Source: Armatimonadota bacterium (GTDB lineage Bacteria; Armatimonadota; UBA10988). Taken from it: DNA of 64,000 nucleotides. Under the pieces are notes generated by a model. The model did no database searches. It saw only the letters and a list, made by a program, of their open reading frames with translations, and was not told where the DNA came from. Positions 8,614 through 18,005 of this stretch are shown piece after piece (the first letter of the stretch is position 1; every line of letters starts with the position of its first letter). The translations under genes were made by a program, and so were the position numbers. The DNA is taken from positions 8,476-72,475 of the forward strand of contig JACRKZ010000079.1 of the NCBI GenBank assembly GCA_016235455.1. Reading direction: 5' to 3'.

Positions 8614-11495
8614 ACGCCGCGCGGTCCGCCGCCTGGCTGGCGCTCCTCCTGGCCACCAACGCCTCCGGCGCGGTGCTGGAGAACCGCGCGTTGCGCCTGG
8701 AGTTCGATGAGGCACGCGGCAGCTACCGCCTGCTGCGGCTGCCCGACCGCGCCGTCGCGCTCGACGGCGCCGCCTTTGAGGTGGCCGGCCTGGCCTCGAC
8801 CGATGCCGGGCGCGGCACTACGGCGACCGTCGGCAGCGACGGGACGAGCCGCGTGCTGCGCGTCGAGAGCCGCCAGGCTGGCCAGCCCACGCTGCTGTTC
8901 GAAGCGCGCCTGGCCGGTGACGAGCCCTACCTCACCTTGCGTGCCGGCCTGCGCAACGATCGCTCCGAACGGCGCGTGCTCAGCTACCGACCGCTGGCCG
9001 CCGCGCAGTTCTGGCCCGGGGCCGCCAAGCAGCGCTGGCAAACGCTCAACGCCCCGTCGGGCGCCAACCAGTCGCGCGTCGACACCGCTCGCCTGGCCAG
9101 CAGCACCAACAACCTGCTGGCCACGTTCATCCAGGACGACCAGCGCCGCTCACTGGTGCTCGGCGGGCTGCGCACGGATTCGTACCTCAAGACCGCCTAC
9201 CTCGGGCCCGGCGGCGGCCAGCTCGGTCAGCGGCGCGCGCAACTCGCCGCTGCTGTGCCGGGCGCCAGGCTGGTGGCCTACCTCGACTGCGGCGGCTCGG
9301 CCTGGAGCGACGGCCCCAAGCTGGGCGTCGAGCAGGGCCAGAGCCACACCTGGCCCGCGAGCGAGGCGCCCGGCGTGTTCGCCTCGGTGGCTTTCCACGA
9401 GCAGGCCGTGGTGCTGCGTGCGACGGGCCTGAACCCCGCGCGGCGCTACGCCGTCGGCCTATCGTGGTGGGACTGGGATGCCAACGGCCGGGCGCAGAGC
9501 GTGCGGCTGGGCGAGCGCCTGGTCATCGACAAGCGCGCCCTGCCCCAGAGCCGCGGTCGCGGCCAGGCGCCGCAGGAACTGGCGTTACCCGTGCCGGCCG
9601 ATCAGATCACCGGCAGCGCGCTGACCGTGCGCGTCAGCAACGAGGCGCAGGTACCCAACGCGGTAGTCTGCGAGGCGTGGCTCTATGACCTGGGTGATGC
9701 TAGTCTGCCGGCCGACCTCGTCGCCGGCCGGCCTTATGTCGGCGCGCAGCCGGATACCGAACCGCTGGCCGAACTGGAGGGCAGCGACCCCGTGGGCCAG
9801 CGCGTGAAGCCCAACGCCCTGTTCTGGCCTGACGACACCTACTACGTCGACGCGCTGACCAGTGATCCGTTTGAGGCGCTGGAGCGCTACGGACGCGTGC
9901 TGCGCGCGGCCACCGGCGCCAACCCTACGCCGTACGACTTCCCCACGGTGTGCGCCTGGTATGCCGGGGTGTGGAAGACGCCCGGCGCCCAGAACCACCC
10001 CGAGAAGAGCACCTACGCCATCGCCACCACGGCCGGGCTGGTCGACGAGGCCGAGCAATCGAAGCGTCGCGGCTGGCTGAATTACAGCCGCGTGGCTGGT
10101 CGGCTGGTGCCCGACAACTACACCGCCGACAACCCTCAAGGCTGGTGGGATGACGCGCACTGGCGGTCGCAAGGCTTCTACACCAAGCCGTACGACACCT
10201 CGGCGCTGTGGGGCAAGGCGGTGCAGGCGCGCGGCGCTCTGGCTTTCACTTACTTCCAGTCGGCCGGCTCGTTCCTGTCCGCCGATTTTGCCAAGGCGCA
10301 TCCCGAGCTGCTGATCCCCGGCCGCAAGTGCCTGGATCTCACGCTGCCGGCCACGCAGGCGCACCTGCGCCGCGTCTACGCCAACCTGCGCGGCAATGTG
10401 TCGGGCATGATGTTCGACTACTGCGACGAGTTCTGGGCCAACGACTGCTCCCACGGCGGGTGGAAAGACCCCAACGTGACCGCCACGGCCTACTACCGCC
10501 GGTTCCTTAAGGCCGCCAAGGACGGCCTGGGCCCGGGCAGCTGGATCCACGAACGCGCCGTGCAGAACCCGCCGGCCGATCTGGCGCTGGGGCTGGTCGA
10601 TTCACAGCGCACCAGCTGGGATACCGACAAGATCGACCCGGCCATGATCGCCCGCAGCGGCCTGCGCTGGTACAAGAACCGCATGGTGCTGGCCTACGAC
10701 ATGGACTCCAAGGAGCTGACCAGCGCCTGGAAGACGCCCGCCTGGCGCGGCAACGATACGGACGGACGGCGCATGTTGCTGACCATGGCCTACGTCGCCG
10801 CCAGCCGCCTGCTGCTGGCCAACTCGCTGCGCGACCTGGCACCCGAGACCTGGCACGACCTGTCGCGCACCTTCCCCTATCCAACCGAGGCGCGCCCGTC
10901 GGCCCGGCCGGTGGATGCCTTCAGCCAGCCTGGCTGGCCGCATGTCTACGACCTGGAGGTCTCGCCCGACTGGCACTGGCTCGTGCTGCACAACCACGAT
11001 GAGCCGCAGGCCGAACGGACCCTGACCGTGCCGCTGTGCGGCGCACGAGTCGACGGCGCGCTCGGTCTCGATCCGCGCCGGACATGGTATGCTTACGACT
11101 TCTGGAACGCTTGTTCGCTTGGCAAGCTGCCGGCGGGCGGCACGTTGAGCCAGACTCTGCGGCCGGGCGAGGCGCGAGTCATCGCGTTGCACGCGGTGGA
11201 GGCCAACCCGCAGGTGCTGGCGACGGATCGGCACCTGAGCCAGGGCCAGTGGGACTTGGTCGGGCGGCCAAGCTGGGACGCGGCGCGAGCCACGCTGCGT
11301 GGCGCGAGCCGCGTCGTGGGCGGTGAGCCGTACCGCGTGGTACTGGCGGGCAATGGCCGGACGCCGGTGAGCGCAACGGTGGGCCGGCTGGCGGCGCGCG
11401 CGGATGGGTTGTGGGAGTTGGTCATTGAGCGGCCGGAGAACGGTGTTGTGCCGTGGGCGGTGGGGTTTGGCGCGGCGCCGCCAGCAGCGAGATAG
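8610..11495 (+). CDS. Large secreted clan GH-D-like (GH27/GH36-related) glycoside hydrolase with inserted malectin-like domain
   Basis: ATGA overlap with the esterase; signal peptide; LDLTLP...HLRRVY, MMFDY (nucleophile-like), DSQRTSWD (acid/base-like), ARPVD, YDFW; beta-sandwich insert LVAYLDCG...NAVVCEAWLY. Confidence 0.6.
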   Translation: MNAARSAAWLALLLATNASGAVLENRALRLEFDEARGSYRLLRLPDRAVALDGAAFEVAGLASTDAGRGTTATVGSDGTSRVLRVESRQAGQPTLLFEARLAGDEPYLTLRAGLRNDRSERRVLSYRPLAAAQFWPGAAKQRWQTLNAPSGANQSRVDTARLASSTNNLLATFIQDDQRRSLVLGGLRTDSYLKTAYLGPGGGQLGQRRAQLAAAVPGARLVAYLDCGGSAWSDGPKLGVEQGQSHTWPASEAPGVFASVAFHEQAVVLRATGLNPARRYAVGLSWWDWDANGRAQSVRLGERLVIDKRALPQSRGRGQAPQELALPVPADQITGSALTVRVSNEAQVPNAVVCEAWLYDLGDASLPADLVAGRPYVGAQPDTEPLAELEGSDPVGQRVKPNALFWPDDTYYVDALTSDPFEALERYGRVLRAATGANPTPYDFPTVCAWYAGVWKTPGAQNHPEKSTYAIATTAGLVDEAEQSKRRGWLNYSRVAGRLVPDNYTADNPQGWWDDAHWRSQGFYTKPYDTSALWGKAVQARGALAFTYFQSAGSFLSADFAKAHPELLIPGRKCLDLTLPATQAHLRRVYANLRGNVSGMMFDYCDEFWANDCSHGGWKDPNVTATAYYRRFLKAAKDGLGPGSWIHERAVQNPPADLALGLVDSQRTSWDTDKIDPAMIARSGLRWYKNRMVLAYDMDSKELTSAWKTPAWRGNDTDGRRMLLTMAYVAASRLLLANSLRDLAPETWHDLSRTFPYPTEARPSARPVDAFSQPGWPHVYDLEVSPDWHWLVLHNHDEPQAERTLTVPLCGARVDGALGLDPRRTWYAYDFWNACSLGKLPAGGTLSQTLRPGEARVIALHAVEANPQVLATDRHLSQGQWDLVGRPSWDAARATLRGASRVVGGEPYRVVLAGNGRTPVSATVGRLAARADGLWELVIERPENGVVPWAVGFGAAPPAAR

Positions 11496-11533
11496 AATGA
11501 GGGAGAGTGGCCGGCGCGCCGCGGAGTTGCGAC

Positions 11534-11785
11534 ATGGCTAGCGTTACCCTGGAACTCAGACCGGAGATGCTCTCGGCGTTGCGGCTCGACCCAGTGGCCT
11601 TCGTCGCCGAGATGCGGGTGGCGGCCGCCGCGAAGTGGTACGAACTCGGGCGCCTGTCGCAGGCCAAGGCAGCCGAAGTGGCCGGCCTGAGCCGCGTCGA
11701 GTTCCTGGCTGCGCTGGACAACTACGGCGTCACGGCCTTCCAGTCCGATGCCGAGGAACTCATCGCCGAGGTGGAGCGTGGCTGA
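11534..11785 (+). CDS. UPF0175-family predicted antitoxin (HTH)
   Basis: 83 aa; AAAKWYELGRLSQAKAAEVAGLSRVEFLAAL is the typical UPF0175 signature; GGAG RBS. Confidence 0.85.
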   Translation: MASVTLELRPEMLSALRLDPVAFVAEMRVAAAAKWYELGRLSQAKAAEVAGLSRVEFLAALDNYGVTAFQSDAEELIAEVERG

Positions 11786-12272
11786 CCGCTGGGTCGTGAA
11801 CGCCTCGCCGCTCATCGCGCTGGCCCGCGTGGGCTGTGCCGAGTGGCTCTCCCAGCTTGCCGACGAGGTCGTGGTGCCCGCGGCGGTCAAGGCGGAGATC
11901 GACGCCGGCCCGGCTGATCCGGCCAGACAGGTGCTGAGCGCGGGCCTGTTCACCATCATCGATGCGCCGCCGCCGTCGACGGCCATCCTGGGCTGGGATC
12001 TGGGCGCCGGTGAGACGGCGGTGCTGGCGGTCGTACAGGCCGACCCATCGTGGACCGCGGTGTTGGACGACCGTACCGCTCGTCGCTGCGCCGCCTCGTT
12101 GGGCGCCCGTGTCCTGGGCACGCTGAGCATCGTGGTGAGAGCACGTCAGGCCGGCCTGACGGACTCGGCCGCCAGCGTGCTGCGGGCCATCCGCGCAAAT
12201 GGCTTCCGCCTCGACGACGCCGTGATCGCGCCGTTCCTGCGCACGGCCGTCGGCGAGGAATGGACCGGCTGA
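11778..12272 (+). CDS. DUF3368-family PIN-domain protein (predicted toxin)
   Basis: GTG start overlapping the antitoxin; VVNASPLI, VPAAVKAEI, LGAGETAVL, LDDRTARRCA, VLGTL. Confidence 0.85.
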   Translation: MADRWVVNASPLIALARVGCAEWLSQLADEVVVPAAVKAEIDAGPADPARQVLSAGLFTIIDAPPPSTAILGWDLGAGETAVLAVVQADPSWTAVLDDRTARRCAASLGARVLGTLSIVVRARQAGLTDSAASVLRAIRANGFRLDDAVIAPFLRTAVGEEWTG

Positions 12273-15200
12273 TGCCCGTGGTACGCGAACCGGCCATGCC
12301 CGACCCCCTGGCCAACTTCGACCCCGTCATCGCCGACTGGTTCGCGGCGCGCTACGGCACGCCCACGGACATCCAAGCCCTGGCCTGGCCGGTCATCGCG
12401 CGAGGCGAGCATGTGCTGCTCTCGGCGCCCACGGGCAGCGGCAAGACGCTGACCGCCTTTCTCTACGCCCTCGACCGCCTGCTGACCGGTGCCTGGGCCG
12501 GCGGCGGCGTGCGCGTGCTCTACATCTCGCCCCTCAAGGCGCTGAACAACGACATCCGCCGCAACCTCACCGAGCCGCTGGCCGCGCTGACCGAGCGCAT
12601 GGTCGACCAGGGCCTGGAGCCACCGCTGGTCCGCGTCGAAACGCGCAGCGGCGACACGCCCGCGGCCGACCGCAGGCGGCTGCTCAAGAAGCCCCCCGAG
12701 ATCTTGATCACCACGCCCGAGAGCCTTAACCTGCTGCTCTCGTCGGAGGCCGGGCGCAAGCTGTTCGGCGGGCTGCAGACGCTCATTCTCGACGAGATCC
12801 ATGCCGTCGCCGACAGCAAACGCGGCACGCACCTGATGACCGCCGTGGAGCGGTTGACGCTGGTCGCCGGCGAGTTCCAGCGGGTCGCTCTGTCGGCCAC
12901 GGTGCGGCCCATGGAAACCATCGCCGCCTACGTGGGCGGCTACACCTTCGACGGCCAGACCCATCGGCCCCGACCCATGCGCATCCTCTCCGCGCCGGGC
13001 GCCAAGGAGTACGCGGTACGGGTGCGCTGCCCCGACCGCGGCACGACGCTGGAGCCGGGCGACTGGTGGCGTCATCTGGGCCGCACCATTCGCGAGGCCA
13101 TCGACGCCAACCAGAGCACGCTGGTCTTCGTCAACAGCCGCCGCTCGGCCGAGAAGCTGGCGCTGCTGCTCAACGAGAACGAGCCCGAGCCGCTGGCCTG
13201 GCCGCATCACGGCTCGCTGTCGCGCGAGACGCGCGAGGTGGTCGAGGCGCGGCTCAAGCGCGGCGAACTGCGCGCCATCGTAGCCACGGGCTCGCTGGAA
13301 CTGGGCATCGATGTCGGCGCCCTGGACGAGGTACTGCTGGTGGAGACGCCGTTCGGCGTGGCGCAGACGCTGCAACGGCTCGGCCGCGCCGGCCACGGTG
13401 TAGGCCAGACAAGCCGCGGGCTGTTCATTTCGCCCAGCGGACGTGACCTGCTGCTGGCGGTGGTCATGAGCCAGTGCGTGGCCAACCGCGACCTGGAAGC
13501 GCTGCAGCCGCCGTCAGCGCCGCTGGACGTGCTGGCGCAGGTGATCATCGGCGTCTGCGCACAGCAGACATGGGATGTGGAGGACCTGTTCGACTGGCTG
13601 CGCTGCTGCTGGAGCTACCACACGCTTAGCCGGCGGGCCTTCGACCTGGTCGTCGAGATGCTTGCCGGCCGGTACGAGCACACGCGGCTCACCGCGCTGG
13701 CACCGCGCATCCACCTCGACCGACTGACCGGCACGGTGACCGCGCGCGAGGACGGGGTGCGCTATGTGCGTACCCAGGGCGGCACCATCCCCGACCGCGG
13801 GTACTTCACACTGCGCGTGGCCGACAGCCATGCCAAGCTGGGCGAGTTGGACGAGGAGTTCGTCTGGGAGCGCCGCCTGGGCGATGTGTTCAACCTGGGC
13901 GCGCAGACCTGGCGCATCGAGGGCATCACGCACAATGATGTGCTCGTGCGGCCCAGCACCAAGGCGGCCATGGCGCCCTTCTGGAAGGCCGAGGACAGCG
14001 ACCGCGACAGCCACTATGCAAGCCGCGTGGGCGAGTTCCTGGAACTGGCCAACCAACGCCTGGACGATCCCGAGCTGGCCGACTGGCTGGCCGGGCAAGG
14101 CCCGCTCGACGCTGGCGCCGCCGAGTCCCTGGCCGCCTACCTGCGCAGCCAGCGCGGCGCCACGGGCTGCGACCTGCCCCATCGCCACCACGTGCTCATC
14201 GAGACCGTGGAGGACGTCGACGCCGAGGCAGACTCCACCCAGCTCATGATCCACACCACCTGGGGTGGTCGCGTCAACCGGCCCTATGGCGTCGCGCTGG
14301 CCGCCGCGTTCGTCGAGCGTTGGGGCGAGGCGCCGCAGGTCAGTGCCGGCAACGATGGGGTCCTGCTGATCACGCCGTTCGCCGTGGACCCCGCGGAGCT
14401 GATGGCGCTGGTGGAGCCTGAGCACATCGAGCCACTCCTGCGATCGCAGCTGGAGCGCAGCGGCTACTTCGGCGCGCGCTTCCGCGAAAACGCCGGCCGC
14501 GCCTTGCTTCTGGCCCGCGGCACACCGCGCCGGCGCATGCCGCTGTGGCTCAGCCGCCAGCGCTCCAAACAGCTGCTTGAGCAGGTCAGCGAGTTGGAGG
14601 ACTTCCCGGTCATCGTCGAGACCTGGCGCACCTGCTTGCAGGACGGGTTCGACCTGCCCGTGCTGCGCGAGCGGCTGCATGAACTGCGCGACGGCGCCAT
14701 CGACTGGTCGAGCTGCACCAGCCTGGCACCCTCGCCGTTCGCCTCGGGTCTGGCCTGGCGGCAGGTCAACAAGCTCATGTACGAGGACGATACGCCGCTG
14801 GGCGGACGCGCCTCGCTCACCGACACGCTGCTGCGGGAGCTGATCTTCACGCCCGAGTTGCGGCCCACGCTGCCCGAGGCGCTCTGCGCCGAGTTCACGG
14901 CCAAGCTCCAGCGCACCTGGCTGGGCTATGCGCCAGGCTCGGCGGCCGAACTGGCGGATCTGGTTCGCGACCGCTGGCTGCTGGGAGCCGACGAATGGCA
15001 CACGCTGCTGGAGGCCATGCGCCGTGACCACGCGCTGGCCGAGCAAGACCTCTGCGCTGAGCTGGCGCCGCGACTGCTGTGGGTGACGCCGCCCGGTGGC
15101 CAGCCGATGGTCGTGGCGCTGGAGAACCTGCCACGCCTGCTGGCCGCCGGCGGCTCGGGCGACTGGGCCTCGTGCTCGCTGGTTGACGATCAGCCCGCGC

Positions 15201-16642
15201 CGTCGCTGGATGCCGACGCGTTCGCGCGGCTGGCGCCCGACGACGAAGACGACCCGCTGGTCGATGTGCTCACCGGCTGGCTGGCCTACTATGCGCCCGT
15301 GCCGCTCGAACGGCTCGCCGCTGCGCTGGGCTTGCCGGCGAGCGAGTTACTGGAGACCGCCGAGGAACTGGCCGAGGAGCAGTTGCTGGTCATCGACCGG
15401 CTCACCGAGCGCGCCGCCGGCCCGCAGGTGTGCACCGCCGAGAACCTGGACCGCCTGTTGCGCCTGGCCCGCCGCGCGCGCACGCCGAGCCTGCAGCCGC
15501 GCCCGCTGCGTGACGCGCCGCTGTGGCTGGCCCAGCGCCAGGGGCTGACCCGGCCCGCCGACAGCGCCGAGGGGCTGGCTGAGCCGCTCGGCCGCCTCAG
15601 CGGCTGGTCGGCGCGGCGCGACGACTGGGAGGCCGAGCTGCTGCCGGCCCGAGCCGCCGGCTATCAACCGGGCTGGCTGGACAAGCTCGTCGCCGACGGC
15701 ACCGCCATCTGGCTCGGCACGGGCGCCGATCGTCTCACCTGGCTGGTGCCCGACCTGCTCGATGTGGTCCGCGCCGAAGCCCCACCCGCGCCCGACTGGC
15801 TGCCCGCGCGCGGCCGCCATGCGGCGGCCGATCTCGGGCTTGAGGAGCCCGAGGTCGGTTTGTGGGAGGCGGCCTGGGCCGGCAGCATCACCTGCGACAG
15901 CGCCGCCGTGCTCCGCCGACGCGGCGCGGCCACGCGGCCCGCACCGGTGCGCAAGCCGCGCCTGGCGCCCGGCTGGTGGAAGGGCGTGGCGCCCAGCGGC
16001 CCGCACTGGTACCGCCTGCCCGACCCGCCCAGCCACGATGTGCTCGACCAGATCGAGTTGGAGAAGGACCGGGTCAGGCTGCTGATCGAGCGCTACGGCG
16101 TGGTCTGTCGCGAGTTCTGCCGCGACGAGCCGACCGCGCTGCGCTGGGGCGCCGTGTTCCGCGCGGCGCGGCTCATGGAGCTCAGCGGCGAGTTGGTCGC
16201 CGGCCTGTTCTTTGAGGGTTTGTCGGGCCCGCAGTTCACCACGCCCCAGCTCCTGGCCCAACTCGCGGGCCGGCTGGATGAAGATGCGATCTACTGGCTC
16301 GGCGCCACCGACCCGGCCAGCCTGTGTGGCGCGGGCCTGGCCGACCTGGGTCTGCCCGAGCGACGCGCCAGCAACCACCTCGTCTACCACGGCACGCAGC
16401 TCGTGCTGACCATCCGCCGCGGCGGCAAGGACCTGGCGTTCGCCGTGCCGCCCGATGCGCCGCGGCTCGACGAGTACCTGATTGCACTCGGTGCATTGCT
16501 GGCCGGCAGCACACGCGGCAGCCTGATTGTCGAGCACATCAACGACGAGCCGGTCCGGCAGAGCCCCTTCCTGCCCGCGCTGAGCCGCCGCTTCCGCGTC
16601 GACGCTGGGCCAGAGACCATCCGGCTGTGGCGGGCCACGTGA
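12272..16642 (+). CDS. lhr: Full-length Lhr-family ATP-dependent helicase with C-terminal winged-helix/glycosylase-like extension
   Basis: APTGSGKT, YISPLKALNND, ILITTPESL, DEIH, ALSAT, LELGIDVG, QRLGRAGH, GGTIPDRG, GELDEEFVWE; C-terminal LIERYGVV...LFFEGLSGPQF...ATDPAS. Start is 12272 (TGATG overlap) or 12296. Confidence 0.92.
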   Translation: MPVVREPAMPDPLANFDPVIADWFAARYGTPTDIQALAWPVIARGEHVLLSAPTGSGKTLTAFLYALDRLLTGAWAGGGVRVLYISPLKALNNDIRRNLTEPLAALTERMVDQGLEPPLVRVETRSGDTPAADRRRLLKKPPEILITTPESLNLLLSSEAGRKLFGGLQTLILDEIHAVADSKRGTHLMTAVERLTLVAGEFQRVALSATVRPMETIAAYVGGYTFDGQTHRPRPMRILSAPGAKEYAVRVRCPDRGTTLEPGDWWRHLGRTIREAIDANQSTLVFVNSRRSAEKLALLLNENEPEPLAWPHHGSLSRETREVVEARLKRGELRAIVATGSLELGIDVGALDEVLLVETPFGVAQTLQRLGRAGHGVGQTSRGLFISPSGRDLLLAVVMSQCVANRDLEALQPPSAPLDVLAQVIIGVCAQQTWDVEDLFDWLRCCWSYHTLSRRAFDLVVEMLAGRYEHTRLTALAPRIHLDRLTGTVTAREDGVRYVRTQGGTIPDRGYFTLRVADSHAKLGELDEEFVWERRLGDVFNLGAQTWRIEGITHNDVLVRPSTKAAMAPFWKAEDSDRDSHYASRVGEFLELANQRLDDPELADWLAGQGPLDAGAAESLAAYLRSQRGATGCDLPHRHHVLIETVEDVDAEADSTQLMIHTTWGGRVNRPYGVALAAAFVERWGEAPQVSAGNDGVLLITPFAVDPAELMALVEPEHIEPLLRSQLERSGYFGARFRENAGRALLLARGTPRRRMPLWLSRQRSKQLLEQVSELEDFPVIVETWRTCLQDGFDLPVLRERLHELRDGAIDWSSCTSLAPSPFASGLAWRQVNKLMYEDDTPLGGRASLTDTLLRELIFTPELRPTLPEALCAEFTAKLQRTWLGYAPGSAAELADLVRDRWLLGADEWHTLLEAMRRDHALAEQDLCAELAPRLLWVTPPGGQPMVVALENLPRLLAAGGSGDWASCSLVDDQPAPSLDADAFARLAPDDEDDPLVDVLTGWLAYYAPVPLERLAAALGLPASELLETAEELAEEQLLVIDRLTERAAGPQVCTAENLDRLLRLARRARTPSLQPRPLRDAPLWLAQRQGLTRPADSAEGLAEPLGRLSGWSARRDDWEAELLPARAAGYQPGWLDKLVADGTAIWLGTGADRLTWLVPDLLDVVRAEAPPAPDWLPARGRHAAADLGLEEPEVGLWEAAWAGSITCDSAAVLRRRGAATRPAPVRKPRLAPGWWKGVAPSGPHWYRLPDPPSHDVLDQIELEKDRVRLLIERYGVVCREFCRDEPTALRWGAVFRAARLMELSGELVAGLFFEGLSGPQFTTPQLLAQLAGRLDEDAIYWLGATDPASLCGAGLADLGLPERRASNHLVYHGTQLVLTIRRGGKDLAFAVPPDAPRLDEYLIALGALLAGSTRGSLIVEHINDEPVRQSPFLPALSRRFRVDAGPETIRLWRAT

Positions 16643-16952
16643 GTTTCGGCTCACGCTACCGCGCGCGCCATACGCCAGAACTAGTTGAGCTGGTCCAGAC
16701 GCCTGCTTGAGGCATGCTTGCCGTGGGCCAAGCGCACCCGATCGCGACGGTCTGCGCGCTGTCCGGGACCGGCGCCTGCGTCACGACAGCCGGGCGGCAG
16801 GCGAGCTGTCCTCGCCCGGAAGCGACACCGTGCTGCTGCGGCACGCTCTTGCGCGCCGGCCTTGCCCGGCGGCTCGAGCGGCTACCGCCGGTCGGCGATC
16901 CTACACCCGTACGCCTGAACGTGCTATCTTCTGAGCCTTCGGAGGACAGCCC

Positions 16953-17873
16953 ATGAAGTTGCAGCGCGTCGGCTCCGGGCCGGTGTTGACCCCGCGTGCC
17001 GAGGTGGCGTGGGAGAAGAACGCGGTGCTCAACACCGCCGCCATCGAGGTGAACGGTGTCACCCATCTGTTCTACCGCGCCGTGGCGCACAATCCCGGCG
17101 ACCCCAACCGCTCGGTCATCGGCCATGCCTGGAGCGAGGACGGCATCCACTTCGACCGCGCGGCCGAGCCCGTGCTGTGGAGCGCGACCTGCCCCGAAGA
17201 CGCCCAGGGCGTCGAGGACCCGCGCATCACGCTGCTCGACGGCCTCTACTACCTGACCTACACCGCCTACGACGGCAGCCGCACGCTGTCCTCGCTGGCG
17301 GTCTCCACCGACCTGGTGCACTGGGAACGGCGCGGCACGCTGCTGCCCTTCGAGCCGTTCGGCAGCAACAAGAACAGCGCGCTCTTCCCCGAGAAGATCG
17401 GCGGCCGTTACTGCCTGCTGCACCGCCCGATGGGTGGCGCCACCGGCACCTACGAGCCCAACCAGGTCTACGGCTGCTACTCGGACGACGTGAAGACCTT
17501 CGACAGCCATCGCGTGCTGCTGCCCGCGCGGCGCGGCCAGATCGACTGGGAGTACACCAAGAACGGCATCGGCGGCTCACCGCATCGCGTCGACGAGGGC
17601 TGGCTGCTGGTCTATCACGCGGTCGACGCCAAGATGGTCTACCGCCTGGGCCTGGCCCTGCTCGACGCCGACGACCCGTTCCGCATCCTGAAGCAGACGG
17701 ACGAGCCCATCCTCCAGCCCGAGGTCGGCTGGGAGATCGAGGGTGACGTGAACAACGTCGTCTTCACCTGCGGCAGCATCCTGCGCGGCACCGAGCTGTC
17801 GGTCTACTACGGCGGCGCCGATACCGTCATCGGGCTGGCCCGCGGCGACGTCAGCGAGTTTCTACGCGGGTAG
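16953..17873 (+). CDS. GH130-family glycoside phosphorylase/hydrolase
   Basis: AVLN, LFYRA, SEDGIHF, GVEDPRIT, NKNSALFPEKIGG, LHRP, GWLLVYH, VNNVVF, YYGGAD; GGAGG RBS; TGcTATCTT extended -10-like site upstream. Confidence 0.9.
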   Translation: MKLQRVGSGPVLTPRAEVAWEKNAVLNTAAIEVNGVTHLFYRAVAHNPGDPNRSVIGHAWSEDGIHFDRAAEPVLWSATCPEDAQGVEDPRITLLDGLYYLTYTAYDGSRTLSSLAVSTDLVHWERRGTLLPFEPFGSNKNSALFPEKIGGRYCLLHRPMGGATGTYEPNQVYGCYSDDVKTFDSHRVLLPARRGQIDWEYTKNGIGGSPHRVDEGWLLVYHAVDAKMVYRLGLALLDADDPFRILKQTDEPILQPEVGWEIEGDVNNVVFTCGSILRGTELSVYYGGADTVIGLARGDVSEFLRG

Positions 17874-17905
17874 AGCTCTACCTTGGTAGCGTGGTAGAAG
17901 AGCCG

Positions 17906-17994
17906 AGGCAGCCCCCACCGCAGCCCTACCCGCGAGCGGCGAGGGAGTCGAGACACCGTCCCCGCGCTCGCGGGGGGACTACGGGGGGCTGCCT
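17906..17994. repeat. Long imperfect inverted repeat (REP-like or bidirectional terminator) between convergent genes
   Basis: AGGCAGCCCCC (17906-17916) pairs with GGGGGCTGCCT (17984-17994); inner CCCGCGAGCG pairs with CGCTCGCGGG. Confidence 0.7.
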
Positions 17995-18005
17995 GCCAGC
18001 CCGGC

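Noticed and set aside
12272-16642. Lhr as part of a known defence system (DISARM, Druantia, BREX)
   Set aside because: No methylase, DUF1998 or other partner genes; the architecture matches the full-length repair-type Lhr.
16643-16952. 310-bp gap after lhr as ncRNA or small gene
   Set aside because: No recognisable RNA motif or convincing ORF with RBS; only a -10-like box and RBS for the GH130 gene.
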